Under the pieces are notes generated by a model, which saw only the letters and a program-made list of their open reading frames with translations, did no database searches and was not told where the DNA came from. A stretch of DNA of 63,920 nucleotides, the filler included, from Rozella allomycis CSF55 (lineage: Eukaryota), in the NCBI GenBank assembly GCA_000442015.1. It is 7 parts of 7 records of this genome, joined end to end, with 100 filler letters (N's around TTAATTAATTAA, not from the genome) between each part and the next. Parts side by side here need not be neighbours in the genome. Positions count along the whole stretch, not along the records: positions 1 to 10,884 come from KE561196.1; positions 10,985 to 30,940 come from KE561198.1; 5 more parts are not named here. One strand, given 5' to 3'. Shown here one piece after another: positions 1 through 12,170 of this stretch (position 1 is the stretch's first letter; each line of letters starts with the position of its first letter). The translations under genes and the position numbers were made by a program.

Positions 1-281
1 TCAACAGATGGCAATCAACACTCAAGACGACATGATTCTTTCTGGTAGTATAGTCAATTTAAATATAAAATAAAGTGGGCTTGAATTATCATGCTTGTTA
101 CTTCAAAGTTATGGGTGAATATCATTATAGATAAAGAAAGATTGCTTTTGTGACAAACAGAGGTATTATATCAATATGAAACTAAATAACAGTGAAATCA
201 ATTTTTTTGTATCACAAAACAACCAATCAACCCAATTTTTCTTTTCCCAATTTTTCTTTTCCCATTTTTTTCTTTTCAGCG

Positions 282-920
282 ATGGATATTCCTCTCAACA
301 CCCCCATCTGTCTGAAAGCACACACTGGGAATCATTTACAGAATGAATTCATATGGAGAAATGGACGTTGTAACAACCAAAACACTGAAGCCTGGGAGCA
401 GATGGAACTAATTCAAACTGCTGATAACAAGATTATTATTCAATCTCGATGGAATGGAAGAAATTTACAAGTTCAAGAGTCTGGATTATGCGTCTTTGCT
501 AATCATAACCAAGAGCTATGGGAAAAGTTTGACGTAGAAAGCGACAAGAATGGAAAGCTATATTTCATCAGCTGTCATACTGGAAATGTGATGCAGTGTG
601 ATGAAAACGGATTCGCTCGATGTGTCAACAAGAATCGTCTGGAATGGGAGGCCTGGACAATTGTTTACCCTCACAGTTCTGCTATGATGACATCGGCCCA
701 ACTTCGTTTAATATCGTTGACTGCCACTGGAGCAGTATTGTTCCCCATCCTTGGACTCGCAGCAAGTGCAATGGTACCCCTTGCCATGTCAACTTTTGGG
801 ACTGTCGTTGCTGGTGTTGGTACTTTTCATGCACCTTTGACTTCCTTTGGATGCGCTGCTGTATTGCAAGCTTCATCAGCAGCTCTGGTGGTTTATCGCT
901 CAAAAAGTCTCGTTAGCTGA
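282..920 (+). CDS. Fascin-like/actin-crosslinking beta-trefoil domain protein with C-terminal hydrophobic Ala/Gly-rich segment
   Basis: Intronless ORF, ATG at 282. Three ~42-aa repeats ending in AWEQM, LWEKF and EWEAW, each preceded by an (S/A)xxxG(N/R)xxQ motif, as in fascin-type beta-trefoils. Hydrophobic C-terminal ~65 aa. Confidence 0.7.
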   Translation: MDIPLNTPICLKAHTGNHLQNEFIWRNGRCNNQNTEAWEQMELIQTADNKIIIQSRWNGRNLQVQESGLCVFANHNQELWEKFDVESDKNGKLYFISCHTGNVMQCDENGFARCVNKNRLEWEAWTIVYPHSSAMMTSAQLRLISLTATGAVLFPILGLAASAMVPLAMSTFGTVVAGVGTFHAPLTSFGCAAVLQASSAALVVYRSKSLVS

Positions 921-1039
921 ATGAATAGTCTAATAAAATTCACTTGACAGCAAATACTTATTAGTTATTTCTTCTTTATTTACAACTTGTAAACATGGTA
1001 GGGGGTGATTACAAATTGTAGTGGCCGAAAGGAACGCGT

Positions 1040-1344
1040 TTGAGTTATATTAACTCAAAGAAAAGCAAAATGGACCGCTATGAAAGTAAATTGAATCAAC
1101 CCAAGCTATATAGCATGTCCTCAAAAGGAATCACAACAGAAGACATTGCTCAAATGAAGTATAATGAGGCACAAGCGTATGGATTTACCAAGGATGAGTA
1201 TGGAACACTCAAAACTTACTTGAAAAACCACAAGATGAAGAATGAGCCATCTGCCATCAGCACCTCACCGGTTTCTCCCGGACCAGTTGACTGTAAGATG
1301 TATCGTAACATAGATATTCCAACAGATCTATTATATAAGAATAG
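1040..1344 (+). CDS. Hypothetical protein fragment, cut by an N join
   Basis: Open ORF of ~100 aa with no recognisable motif. Confidence 0.25.
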
Positions 1345-1709
1345 NTTTGTTGACTAGTTAGTGTCCATCTCAAATATATTTCCAATTATTACTCCTTTTT
1401 GGTTTTTGTGTTTTTGGTTGGCACCTTGATTATTGCAAGATTTTCTCTTTAAAATTTTATTAATCAATAAAGAAAGCTGAAGTTGATATTGCTTTATGTA
1501 ATTAAAGAATTTGCAATTGGCGGAGAGGGATTATTGGTGAAGGTGAAGTTTTGTATTTCCAAAGAAGTATCACGAAAAACTAGAAAGTTCTTAAAATCTT
1601 TTANCACCAGGATTGTGTGTACCCTGTCGTACCTAGCCCATGGGGGGACGCCTAGGGGTATTTTGCACCGGAGTCTGATAACGTCCCAGATCTGTCCCTG
1701 TCACATTCN

Positions 1710-2451
1710 GGACTAGTAATGTCCATCAGCCAAGTATCTTACAGGGGTCAGTTACATCCGATTTAGCATTTGTAATTTAAGGTTTGCAAAGCCATTTAAG
1801 AAAATGTTATTTAATAGTTAAAATATTGTATTTAATTATATAAGAATGGAAAAATTAGTTATAAAAATGAGTGTTTATCCAAAAGTTTGGGAGGTTTGGG
1901 TTTATCAATATTAATTGGTATAAAGACATTTTTATTAATTATAACAATTTTCGANAAGACTGGACAAATAAAAAAAGAAGATTAAAACTAAACAACTATA
2001 TATGACATTTTATGCCTAGCTTTTATAAGATTACATGAAGAAATTAATATCGAATTCGCAGATTTTTGCATTTCAAATTTATTGAAACTAATCTTTGGAG
2101 GATTTAGATTTCTTGGAACTGNTAGACTGGACAAATAAGAAAAGAAGATTATAACTAAACAACTATATTTGATATTTTATGCCCAGCTTTTATAAAATTA
2201 AGTGAAGAAATTAATATCGAATTCGCAGATTTTTGCAATTCAAATTTATTGAAACTAATCTTTGGAGGATTTGGAACTTGGATTCTCGAAATTAACTATT
2301 ATAATTTTTGATAAGAATATTACCTGTTGAACANTTTCTCATCCATCAACAGTATCTTCTCTTTACTTAACACACTTTCTCTATTCATCAACTGAATCAC
2401 CACCTCTCTCAAATAATCTCTGTTTATTTGGCCATCCTCAGTACCAAACCG
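1710..2451 (-). repeat. Collapsed repeat fragments: CRN-like header/promoter copies and copies of the 9190-9380 repeat
   Basis: 1711-1800 matches 8602-8690; 2335-2451 matches 8375-8490; 1956-2333 contains two copies similar to 9190-9380; fragments are bounded by single Ns. Confidence 0.75.
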
Positions 2452-2679
2452 NAATCTTATAATTTATTAATTTACCTCTTTCGCTATATTTCACTACGAA
2501 TAATAGTCCACTTAATAAAAAATTAATTAAAAATGTAAGAAAGCATNTTAGTAATTTAGTCATTTTTTATGTTGACCCGGAATGCTTCTTCTTAACACCC
2601 TTCCATTATTCCATGAATAATGAATGGATCGATTACTTAATTGAAATTTATCTTATAACAACAACCAATTTGAGTCATA

Positions 2680-3240
2680 AAATTGAAATACGTCTTGAGG
2701 TTTGGAAGAAAATTTGATCATTAAATACAGTTTTTTTACTTATTATACTTATTAACGCATTCCATTCTTGTTTATCTCTATTGTTGACGAATTTTGAATA
2801 CAAAGTTTTCATTGAGTAAATGATGACCAAGTTTTGGTTTTTTAATTGTTGACATTGGCATAGAAGTACTTCGTCAACAACGATTCAAGATCATCACAGA
2901 TTCGTTTATAAATTTATGATAAATACATTGCAGGGAATTACTTTACATCACCACTGGTCTATAACGGGATGAATTCCAATTCCAAGATCTGTTCTGGAGC
3001 ATGTCCTTCAACTATGAAATTCTGCGATTTCTTTTGCACATTGACATTTTGGTGAAAGCTATTGGGAGTCTAGCATATAGTGAAGAGACAGATCGGCTTA
3101 GTCACTGTAGTGTCGAGAATGACCTTTTAACCAAACATCATTTGTTTGAATCATATTATGTTAACGATGGTGGGTATTTTCATCAATATGTTTCTCACAA
3201 ACAACAACTTCTTGATTTCATTGCTGCTTCTGCAAATTAA
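2680..3240 (+). pseudogene. Degraded F-box-like gene remnant, paralog of 8765-9050
   Basis: EVWKKI..SLNTV motif resembling an F-box start, with stops and frameshifts; nucleotide similarity to 8780-9040. Confidence 0.35.
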
Positions 3241-3544
3241 GAGTTATTAGGGACATTTTTTTTGTGAAATTCGCACTCAATCATCCAAAATAGAAGTGGC
3301 TTTAAAATGCGAGAGTTTTCCAACATGGAACTGCGGGGCATGACCAAAAGGATACCTTTGAACTGGTACCTCAACTCACTAGATATGAAGAAATCACTTA
3401 GATTTGAAAATATGATGCTTTATTTCTCTATTCTTATTTTCTTCTTGTTTACCTCACCAAATACATTCTCTTCACTAATTATAATGCAAAATCGTAAATT
3501 CATACTTGTCTGTATGGCTGTCATTTTCTTCCGCTATTGAAATT

Positions 3545-3878
3545 TCATTTTCATCTTCGTCCATCATTGCATCTTGACTGGTAAAGAAAGGAGCCATTAG
3601 AGAGAGCGACGGTCCATACATTTGATACAATGCCTTCTCATCAAAAACAAAGTAAGGAATTGACTCATCAATTGACAAAGCATCGATTGTCGCTTTGAAG
3701 TTTTCTGGCTTTTTCTTANACCATCTATCTCGAGATCCCCGAGTTGGGACTGATGATTACTAGGAATCATTCTGTAAAAGATGAACACAAGACACCATTG
3801 ATTTAATTGTAGGTTGAGTTGTTCAGCACCACTTTTCCTTTAGTGCTGTACTTGTCACAAAAGTATCACTTTCCTTTN
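3545..3878 (-). pseudogene. C-terminal fragments of a Crinkler-like REase gene
   Basis: WCLVFIFYRMIPSNHQSQLGDLEIDG matches 9662-10129; YQMYGPSL followed by an acidic tail. Confidence 0.6.
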
Positions 3879-3879
3879 A

Positions 3880-4676
3880 TTAAAGTACTTGGCCACTAAC
3901 ACAAATATGATCTCTTTTGGTTACCTTTGTCATTTCCATATGAATACTGACTCTCAAATGTTTTGACTTTCNGGCCACTAACATAAATACGATCTCTTTT
4001 TAGTACCTTTGTCAGAATACTGACTCTCAAATGTTTTGACTTTCTTTTCAATGTCCTTTTCGACATCAATGAAATTGTTCGTAGAATATCTGGTTTCAAT
4101 ATTTCTTGCCAGGAACAACAAGCCTTCTGAGCCTTTTAACAGTGAATACAAGTCAAAAGCAGGATTATTCGACTGCCTCAAATGAGAAATCACACCTGGG
4201 GCCAAGATATCGCTCTTTTCTGTGGGGTCAATATGCTGCCAAACACCTAAAGTTATTGTGTTGTTTATCCAGTACCATTCTTCTTATATTCTTCTTTACT
4301 CAAACTACGGGGATATCGCCACCAAATTTCTTGTGTTTTTATTGTCTTGGGAATGTTAAAGACCTAATATGATCAACAAGCAAAATATTTTTTACATAGT
4401 TGTCCCAAGTGTCCTTGTCGTTTGTTGCTACAGGAGAACAGGCATAAAATTCATTCAACGTCACGTTGCTTCCATTCCTTAACGACATCATCATNGGAAT
4501 ATCTGGTTTCAATATTTCTTGCCAAGAACGCCAATCCTTCTGAGCCTTTCAACAGTGAATACAAGTCAAAAGCAGGATTATTCGACTGCCTCAAATGAGA
4601 AATCACACCTGGGGCCAAGATATCTCTCTTTTCTGTGGGGTCAATATGCTGCCAAACACCTAAAGTTATAGTGTTG
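3880..4676 (-). pseudogene. Second-family Crinkler-like PD-(D/E)xK nuclease fragments, duplicated
   Basis: NNPAFDLY...NIETRYS motif (NPxFD..E-x-K/R); 4496-4676 duplicates 4083-4263; in-frame stops upstream. Confidence 0.55.
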
Positions 4677-5100
4677 GGCTAACGACAAATTCACCCCGGG
4701 TGTGACACACCCCTTGTAGAAAAACGGGACCTTATTGGTTGAAATTTTGTCACGGTAGTGTCACGTCTTTGTGACAGAGGCTTGGCAGAAAAGTTATTTA
4801 TAAATGTTAGGACCTGCAATGTGGAAAAAGTGAAGTGTTATAAATTGAATAAAAGATTCATTAATAAATAATTTCATAATCTGGGTCTGAAATGTACTTG
4901 AATTTAAATCTGATCTATTTATTCTAGAATCTACAAATGATAATTCCAACAATTTCAATTTCTCATCTTTTTTGTGAAGAGCGACATGAACAGTGACAAT
5001 GTCACTGAGGTGGAAATATAATCTTTATTGTTGGTGCTGTCTAGATGTCTAATAGAATAGTAAAATCCTTAAAGAATTGGCTAGAAAAAGCAAAAATAAT
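4677..5100 (+). mobile_element. Terminus of a GGCTAA-ended DNA transposon inserted into a CRN-like fragment
   Basis: Homology with the 4083-4263 copy stops abruptly at 4676, then GGCTAA-N8-TCACCCCGGGTGTGACACACCCC begins, similar to the termini at 30525 and 38691. Confidence 0.55.
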
Positions 5101-5259
5101 NCCAGAACAGAAAACTGAAGTGAAGTGACAATTAAATCAAAGCTTTTCATTTTCTTCCATTCTTCTCTTTGTTGCTGATCTAAATTTTCGCAGATGTAAT
5201 GCAACAACTTGTTGGCAAAAGGCTCTCCTTTAATCACAAGCTCATCCAATAAAAGCACN

Positions 5260-8200
5260 ACATGCCATAAATATTTCTAAGCACTCACCCATAGAATCCT
5301 TTCTTAAATTCTCAGAATCTATCATTTTTTGAAAACAATTTCTAATTTCAACAACAGGCGATTGTCTCGCGTAAAAATGTAAAAGCATGAAGGAAAGTTT
5401 TGGCACACCTAAAGGTCTCGTGAGGTCATTGAAGTAGATCCCTTTTTTCACTGCGTCTTTAAACTTCATGTCCAATCCAGGAACGATAGTATTAATACTA
5501 TACTTTTCTCTGCAAATGATNCTCTCGCGTAAAAATGCAAAAGCATGAAGGAAAGCTTAGGCACGCCCCAATTTTCAGTGAGATCATTAAAGTAGATCCC
5601 TTTCTGCACTGCATCTTCAAACCTCATTTCCAATCCAGGTACGACAGCATCAAAAGAAAACGTTTCTCTGCGAATAATTGGTGTTATTATATGAGTGCTT
5701 AATCCATTGTCATTCAAAGATGTATANCTAAAGATAGTTTTGGCACGCCTGAAGGTCCCGCGAGGTCATTCAAGTAAATCCCTTTCTGCACTGCCTCTAC
5801 AAACTTCATTTCCAATCCAGGAACGATAGTATTAATACTATACTTTTCTCTGAGAATGATTGGTGTTATTATATGAGTGCTCAAATCATCGTTACTCAAA
5901 GATATATATTTATCAGCCAACATTTTCAACAAGCCAGAAAGCAAATCTTTGTAACAAATTGAGTTTGGAAAATCTGACGCTATTGCTTTTAACTCACGAA
6001 AGACTTTTTTGGCAAACTCAATTGATCGTGGATGACCCCCACAGTCAAAAATTGCCATTGCTAATGTTGGATCCTCTTCCTTCCCTATGAGTTGGTCTAT
6101 CGACACCAATGGTTTGAGCCCGTAAAACTAATGAATGTTTTAAAAATAATTTACTTTTACTAAACGTGATTCTATTTTATATGTCATTAAAGAATCAAGT
6201 GCCAAAGATGTCACAACCAAGTCAAAATAGCGATCACGGATCTCTTCATTTGTTTGGTGCAGAAAAGGCGATAAGCATTTTAGGATGTTGATNCTTCAGA
6301 ATTATTGTTATATTCCTTGATTTTCAAAATTAGTTTGGGGAAAACCTATGTTAGTAGGCTTCTTGAAACGTTTCTTGCAAAGGCTTGGCGGGCAAAAGAA
6401 AATTTTAGGAAAAATCTCAATTAAAGAAAAGCCATTATTTTTTGACATAAATGTAAATAGAAAGATCCAACATGCCATAAATATTTCTAAGCACTCACCC
6501 ATAGAATCCTTTCTTAAATTCTCAGAATCTATCATTTTTTGAAAACAATTTCTAATTTCAACAACAGGCGATTGTCTCGCGTAAAAATGTAAAAGCACTA
6601 AAGATAGTTTTGGCACACCTGAAGGTCCCGCGAGGTCATTCAAGTAAATCCCTTTCTGCACTGCCTCTACAAACTTCATTTCCAATCCAGGAACGATAGT
6701 ATTAATACTATACTTTTCTCTGCGAATGATTGGTGTTATTATATGAGTGCTCAAATCATCGTTACTCAAAGATATATATTTATCAGCCAACATTTTCAAC
6801 AAGCCAGAAAGCAAATCTTTGTAACAAATTGAGTTTGGNGATCGTTGTAGCGAATTGAATTTGGAGCATTTGACTCTGTTGCTTTTAACTCATGAAAAGC
6901 CTTAATGGCATACTCAATTGATCGTGGATGACCCCCACAGTCAGAAATTACCATTGCTAATGTTGGATTATTAATGTCTTCTTCCTTCCCGATGAGTTGG
7001 TCTATCGACACCAATGGTTTGAGTCCGTAAAACTTATAAATGTTTTAAAAATAATTTACTTTAACTAAACGTGATTCTATTTTATATGTCATTAACGCAA
7101 CAAGAGCCGATGATGTCACAACCAAGTCAAAATAGCTATCACGGATTTCTTCATTTGTTTGGTGCAGAAAAGGCGATAAGCATTTTAGGATGTTGATTGT
7201 GTCATTACCAGCTTTACTAATCTCGTCGATGCCAAGCACAAGGTGCGTTTTGCCCGAGTGTTGACGTATTGCTTCTAAAACTTTGTCAATATTTACTGTG
7301 TCATCTTCGCGCGCTGTAAAATAGAAATTTGTGGGCTCAAACATAACGCCTTTTGTGTACATGGCGAGGATTCTATTCGCTNGTAAAATAAAATTTTTTG
7401 GGTTCAAACATAACGCCTTTTGTGTACATGGCAAGGATTCTATTCGCTGCAGGTGAGGTTTCATTGGGACTATACTCAGACGTGTTGGGATTGTTAAAAG
7501 ATATGCGAATAAATAAAGTGTTGCGAAGAATGTGTTTAAAATTGTTATACATTTCGATATATTCCGTATTAATCTCAGGGTCTANGCCAGCTTTACTAAT
7601 CTCATCGATGCCAAGTACAAGGTGCGTTTTGCCCGAATGTTGACGTATTGCTTTTAAAACTTTGCCAATATTCGTGCGGTCGTTTTTTTCCTTTTTAAAA
7701 TAGAAATTTTTTGGCTCAAACATAACACCTTTTGTGTACATGGCGAGGATTCTATTCGCTACTGGTGAGGTTTCATTGGGACTATACTCAGACCTTCCAT
7801 TTAACGTTATGCAAATAAATAAAGTGTTGCGAAGTATGTTTTTAAAATTGTTATACATTTCGATATATTCCGTATTAATCTCAGAGTCTATTTTATCTAA
7901 ATAGTCAACAATGCGAGGTAAACAATCAAGCATTTTGCTTTTGCCTGATCCTAGTAAATTTTATTAAACTTAAAACATTTACCTGGACCACCAACAATGG
8001 CGCGAATACAGTTTATCGTGCGGAGATCATCCATTGAATAATCTTGGTCAAAATAGGTTTTGAAAATCCTCCGTTCATAGCATTTGGTCAAATGGATAAA
8101 TCTGATGAACATGCTCTTAATGAGCGCAACAAATAGATATTCCCTGTCCACAATGCTTACTGAACTTCCCGCAATACTTGATGTTAATGTTCGATTCGCA

Positions 8201-8617
8201 TTCTCCTCATAATTATCATTGATATATTTCAAAATCGCTTCATCACTATTTGGTACACTAGCGTTGGTCGTTGACACTATCAATAATAGTTTCAAAATTC
8301 TTTACCTGCTTCCGAACCTACTAAACTTAAAGTTTGTTTTTTACTTGAATATTCTCTTTCTTCTTTTCTTTTCTTCTCATCCATCAACAGTATCTTCTCT
8401 TTACTTAACACATTTTGTCTATTCATCAACTGAATCACAACTTCTCTCAAATAATCTCTGTTTATTTGGCCATCCTCAGTACCAAACCGATTTTGGTCTT
8501 TCGTACTCCACATGTCAAATGGTTTTTCATATAACGACTCAATATGAGCCAGACTTTCTTCAACACCGCTTTGATTTTTGCTTCAATCTCCTGAATTCTT
8601 AGACTAGTAATGTCCAT
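5260..8617 (-). CDS. Crinkler-like (CR) effector gene(s): coiled-coil header + P-loop NTPase + REase, mosaic of several paralog fragments
   Basis: ATG at 8617 (MDITSLRIQEIEAKIKAV, 2-nt frameshift follows). Walker A GGPG/SGKS split by intron 7951-7982. Walker B LVLGIDE. DCGGHPRSIE motif. Repeated overlapping segments separated by Ns. Confidence 0.75.
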
Positions 8618-8764
8618 CGGCCAAGAATATTACAGGGGTCAGTTACATCCGATTCAGCATTTGTAATTTAAGGTTTGCAAAGCCATTTAAAAAATGCTAT
8701 TTAATAGTTAAAAACTTAAAATAGTGTATTTAATATGTTAAAATAAATATTAGAAATAGACATT

Positions 8765-9050
8765 ATGTCTCATTCCTACGCTGTTGAGGTTTGGAAGAAT
8801 ATTGAATAATTTTATCATTAAATACAGTTTTATTACTTATTAAAGCATTCCATTCTTGTTTATCTCTATTGTTGACGAATTTTGAATACAAAAGTTTGAT
8901 TGAGTTAAATGTTAATGCAAGTTTAAATTTTTGAATGTTTGAAATTGGATATAGTGTGTTTCATCATCAAGTATTCATAATTCAAGTTCAGAAATTTGTG
9001 ATAATTACATTGAAGGGAAGTACTTTAAATCACCACTGGAATACTTATAA
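8765..9050 (+). pseudogene. Degraded F-box-like gene remnant divergent from the CRN header
   Basis: ATG followed by EVWKNIE.FLSLNTVLLLIK (reconstructed across frameshifts). Confidence 0.35.
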
Positions 9051-9338
9051 AAGGTCATAAATTGAGAGCTTTCTACGAATCAAACTATCGGTGGAATCAG
9101 TTTAAATGTTTTTTCGCGTTTGACCATGTTTCCGCTGACCCTTAAAACTTTAGTGGTGGAATTCTAGGCAAAATTAATCCAACTTAGGCATGGAATTTTA
9201 TGCCCAGCTTTTATAAGATTAAACTAAAAATTATTATTAATATCAAATTTAATATCAAATTCGTAGTATTTGGCAATTCATATTTATTGAAACTTATCTT
9301 TGGAGGATTTAGATTTCTTGGAGTATGGATTCTCGACA

Positions 9339-9560
9339 TCAGCTATTATAATCTTTGTTAAAAACTTTACCTGTTGAACATTTGCCTTTACAACCACAAT
9401 AGGTTCCACAAACTGATTGCTGTTTACGACAGCTGCACGAATTAGCTTTACAGCCTTGTGTGCACCGACACGAATACATTTGCTTTTCGTAGCTAAATAA
9501 CATGCATATAAAGTGATTACAATAGCGTGCGCGTGTTAAATGGATAAACCAATGCATCAT
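9339..9560 (-). mobile_element. CXC (tesmin-like) cysteine cluster fragment, probably a transposon ORF C-terminus
   Basis: CRCTQGCKANSCSCRKQQSVCGTYCGCKGKC; downstream sequence repeated at 1956-2333. Confidence 0.45.
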
Positions 9561-9674
9561 TTACGTTTTGACGGGTANGTTTTACCTCGAATATACACTC
9601 ACTTTAAGGGATTTATGAACTCGGAACACCCAATATACCAAGCAATATTTATTTTCAGCCCCTATAGTAAAGGN

Positions 9675-10884
9675 GTAACAATAACAATGTTGTTCACCTT
9701 AACACCATCTATCTCGAGATCCGCGAGTTGGGACTGAAGATTACTAGGAATCATTCTGTAAATGATGAACACAAGACACCATTGATTTAATTGCAGGTTG
9801 AGTTGTTTAGCCCTCGGTAGGGTCAGTGACCACTTTTCCTTTAGTGCTGTACTTGTTACAGAAGTATCACTTTCCTTTAAACTATACTTATCTTCAATAA
9901 ACATGATGAATGGTTCATTTGTTTCCAAATGTGAAGTTGCAATCAAAGTATCGAAACCAGGGTTTATTCCTCCAAAATGCATCATGACCGGTTTTTCAAG
10001 TATTGACGCTATAAATTTTTCAGAGTCATTGTTATATTCCTCGTAAAGATAATTTTCAAAATCAGTTTGGGGAAAAACTATATTAGTAGGCTTCTTGAAA
10101 CGTTTCTTGCAAAGACTTNAAATTTTCAAAATTAGTTTGGGGAAAACCTATATTAGTAGGCTTCTTGAAATGTTTCTTGCAAAGACTAGGCGGGCAAAAG
10201 AAAATTTTAGGAAAAATTTCANTAATTTTCAAAGTCAGTTTGGAGAAAAACTATATTAGTAGGCTTCTTGAAACGTTTCTTGCAAAGACTAGGCGGGCAA
10301 AAGAAAATTTTAGGAAAAACCTCAATTAAAGAAAAGCCATTATTTTTTGACATAAATGTAAATAGAAAGATCCAGCATGCCATAAATATTTCTAAGCACT
10401 CACCCATAGAATCCTTTCTTAAATTCTCAGANTGAGGTCATTGAAGTAGATCCCTTTTTTCACTGCGTCTTTAAACTTCATGTCCAATCCAGGAACGATA
10501 GTATTAATACTATACTTTTCTCTGCGAATGATTGGTGTTATTACATGAGTGCTTAATCCATTGTCATTCAAAGATGTATATGTTTTAGCTAATCTACCCA
10601 CCAAGCCAGAATGCAAATCGTTGTAGCAAATTGAGTTTGGAGCATTTGGCTCTGTTGCTTGTAACTCATGAAAAGCCTCAATGGCATACTCAATTGATCG
10701 CGGATGACCCCCACAGTCAGAAATTGCCATTGCTAATGTTGGATTATTAATNAATCGTTGTAGGGGATTGAGTTTGGAGCATTTGACTCTGTTGTTTTTA
10801 ACTCACGAAAAGCCTCAATGACATACTCAATTGAACGCGGATGGCCCCCACAGTCAGAAATTGCCATTGCTAATGTTGGATTAT
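9675..10884 (-). CDS. Further Crinkler-like fragments, including the PD-(D/E)xK REase domain
   Basis: GGINPGFDTLI...FIMFIEDKYS catalytic motif; DCGGHPRSIEYA NTPase C-terminal motif; overlapping copies of 6308-7014. Confidence 0.75.
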
Positions 10885-10984
10885 NNNNNNNNNNNNNNNN
10901 NNNNNNNNNNNNNNNNNNNNNNNNNNNNTTAATTAATTAANNNNNNNNNNNNNNNNNNNNNNNNNNNNNNNNNNNNNNNNNNNN
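10885..10984. other. Artificial scaffold linker (44 N + TTAATTAATTAA + 44 N)
   Basis: Six-frame stop linker, repeated identically at 30941-31040, 39709-39808, 47138-47237, 48769-48868 and 51612-51711. Confidence 0.97.
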
Positions 10985-11627
10985 TCTTTGAAAATAAATG
11001 CCAATTTTCCTCCAAATCAGAATGCGAAACACTCAATTGTCTTTTAAAAACTTCATATTCCAACTTTACATCAATCTTGCTCACAAAAGTTCTATATTTC
11101 TCCCAAATTAAATGCCCCTATTCATTAAAGTTAATCTTCATACTTTAATAAAATGGACTCCAGCTTGTTTAATAGCTTCTTCATAGAATTCTCTTGCAGT
11201 CTCCAGTCCAATAACTTGCTCACTGTAATATTCCTCCACTGTCTCCAACACAAGAATCCATAATTCAATAGCTATAAAAACATGTAACAATTCTTACATA
11301 GATAATCCATCACTGCTTTTTTCAATAACTGGAGAATTTCAATCTTGGATTCTTTATCACTTGCAATACGCTTCTCATCCTCAATCCATTCCGCCCAGAT
11401 TTCAAAAGTCAATGGAAAATATGTACTAAACCTTTCTCTCGCTTCTCTTGTTTTTTCCAGATCCGCTTCTTTTCTCCATGCCTTTACACAGTTATAATGC
11501 GCTTCATAGTCATAAGGGTTCAGGGCAATCTATTCAAATAAAATATTAAAATAACCTTCTTTTCGAACTCTTCTGCTTCGTTAACTACAGACTCCACGTC
11601 TGACTCTTCTAATTCCATTTCATTCAT
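10985..11627 (-). CDS. SART3: SART3/Prp24-like HAT-repeat splicing recycling factor, 5' part, truncated by the linker
   Basis: Spliced translation includes NPYDYEAH..REARERFSTYFPLTFEIWAEWIEDE and GVHFIK/GHLIWEKYR; several short introns. Confidence 0.8.
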
Positions 11628-11648
11628 TCCCGATTTTTCGTATATTCC

Positions 11649-12067
11649 ATGTCCAAACCCTCCAACGTTAAAGACAGATGCCTTATTGCTATAATTGGCG
11701 ATGAAGTAAACTTTTAATCTTATTTATCAAAGGATACAGTAACCGGATGCTTGCTAGCTGGAGTCGGTCACGTTGATGCACGCCAAAAATCAAACTTTCT
11801 GGTTGTCGACAATAGTACTTTCATTTGTATATTGAAATAGAAACTTCAGTTAGCTTAATAGAAGAAACATTCAAGACCTTTTTATCCAGAAAGGATATCG
11901 CAATTATACTCATTAATCAACATATCGCTGAAGAAATAAGACATCTGCTTGAAGCTCATCATGATGCCTTTCCATCGGTACTGGAAATTCCATCCAAAGA
12001 TCATCCTTATGATCCTGAAAAAGATTCAGTTTTGAAGAGAGTACAGAAATTATTCTCAGCGGATTGA
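11649..12067 (+). CDS. VMA7: V-type ATPase subunit F
   Basis: [20 protein letters not shown]...[32 protein letters not shown]; introns 11706-11732 and 11815-11840. Confidence 0.97.
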
Positions 12068-12170
12068 ATGTACGTAATTAATAAATATAAACTCTATCAA
12101 ATGGAACTAAGAAATTAACACATTTAACACTTTATAAATTATAATCTAAAGGACTTTTTTTTATTGATTA

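Noticed and set aside
1604-1708. Short GC-rich island with small stems, possible ribozyme
   Set aside because: No complete hammerhead or HDV core found; an N-bounded 105-bp fragment with no context
7382-7760. Apparent internal tandem duplication of the NTPase domain
   Set aside because: Copies are separated by single Ns and are best explained as collapsed paralog or allele contigs
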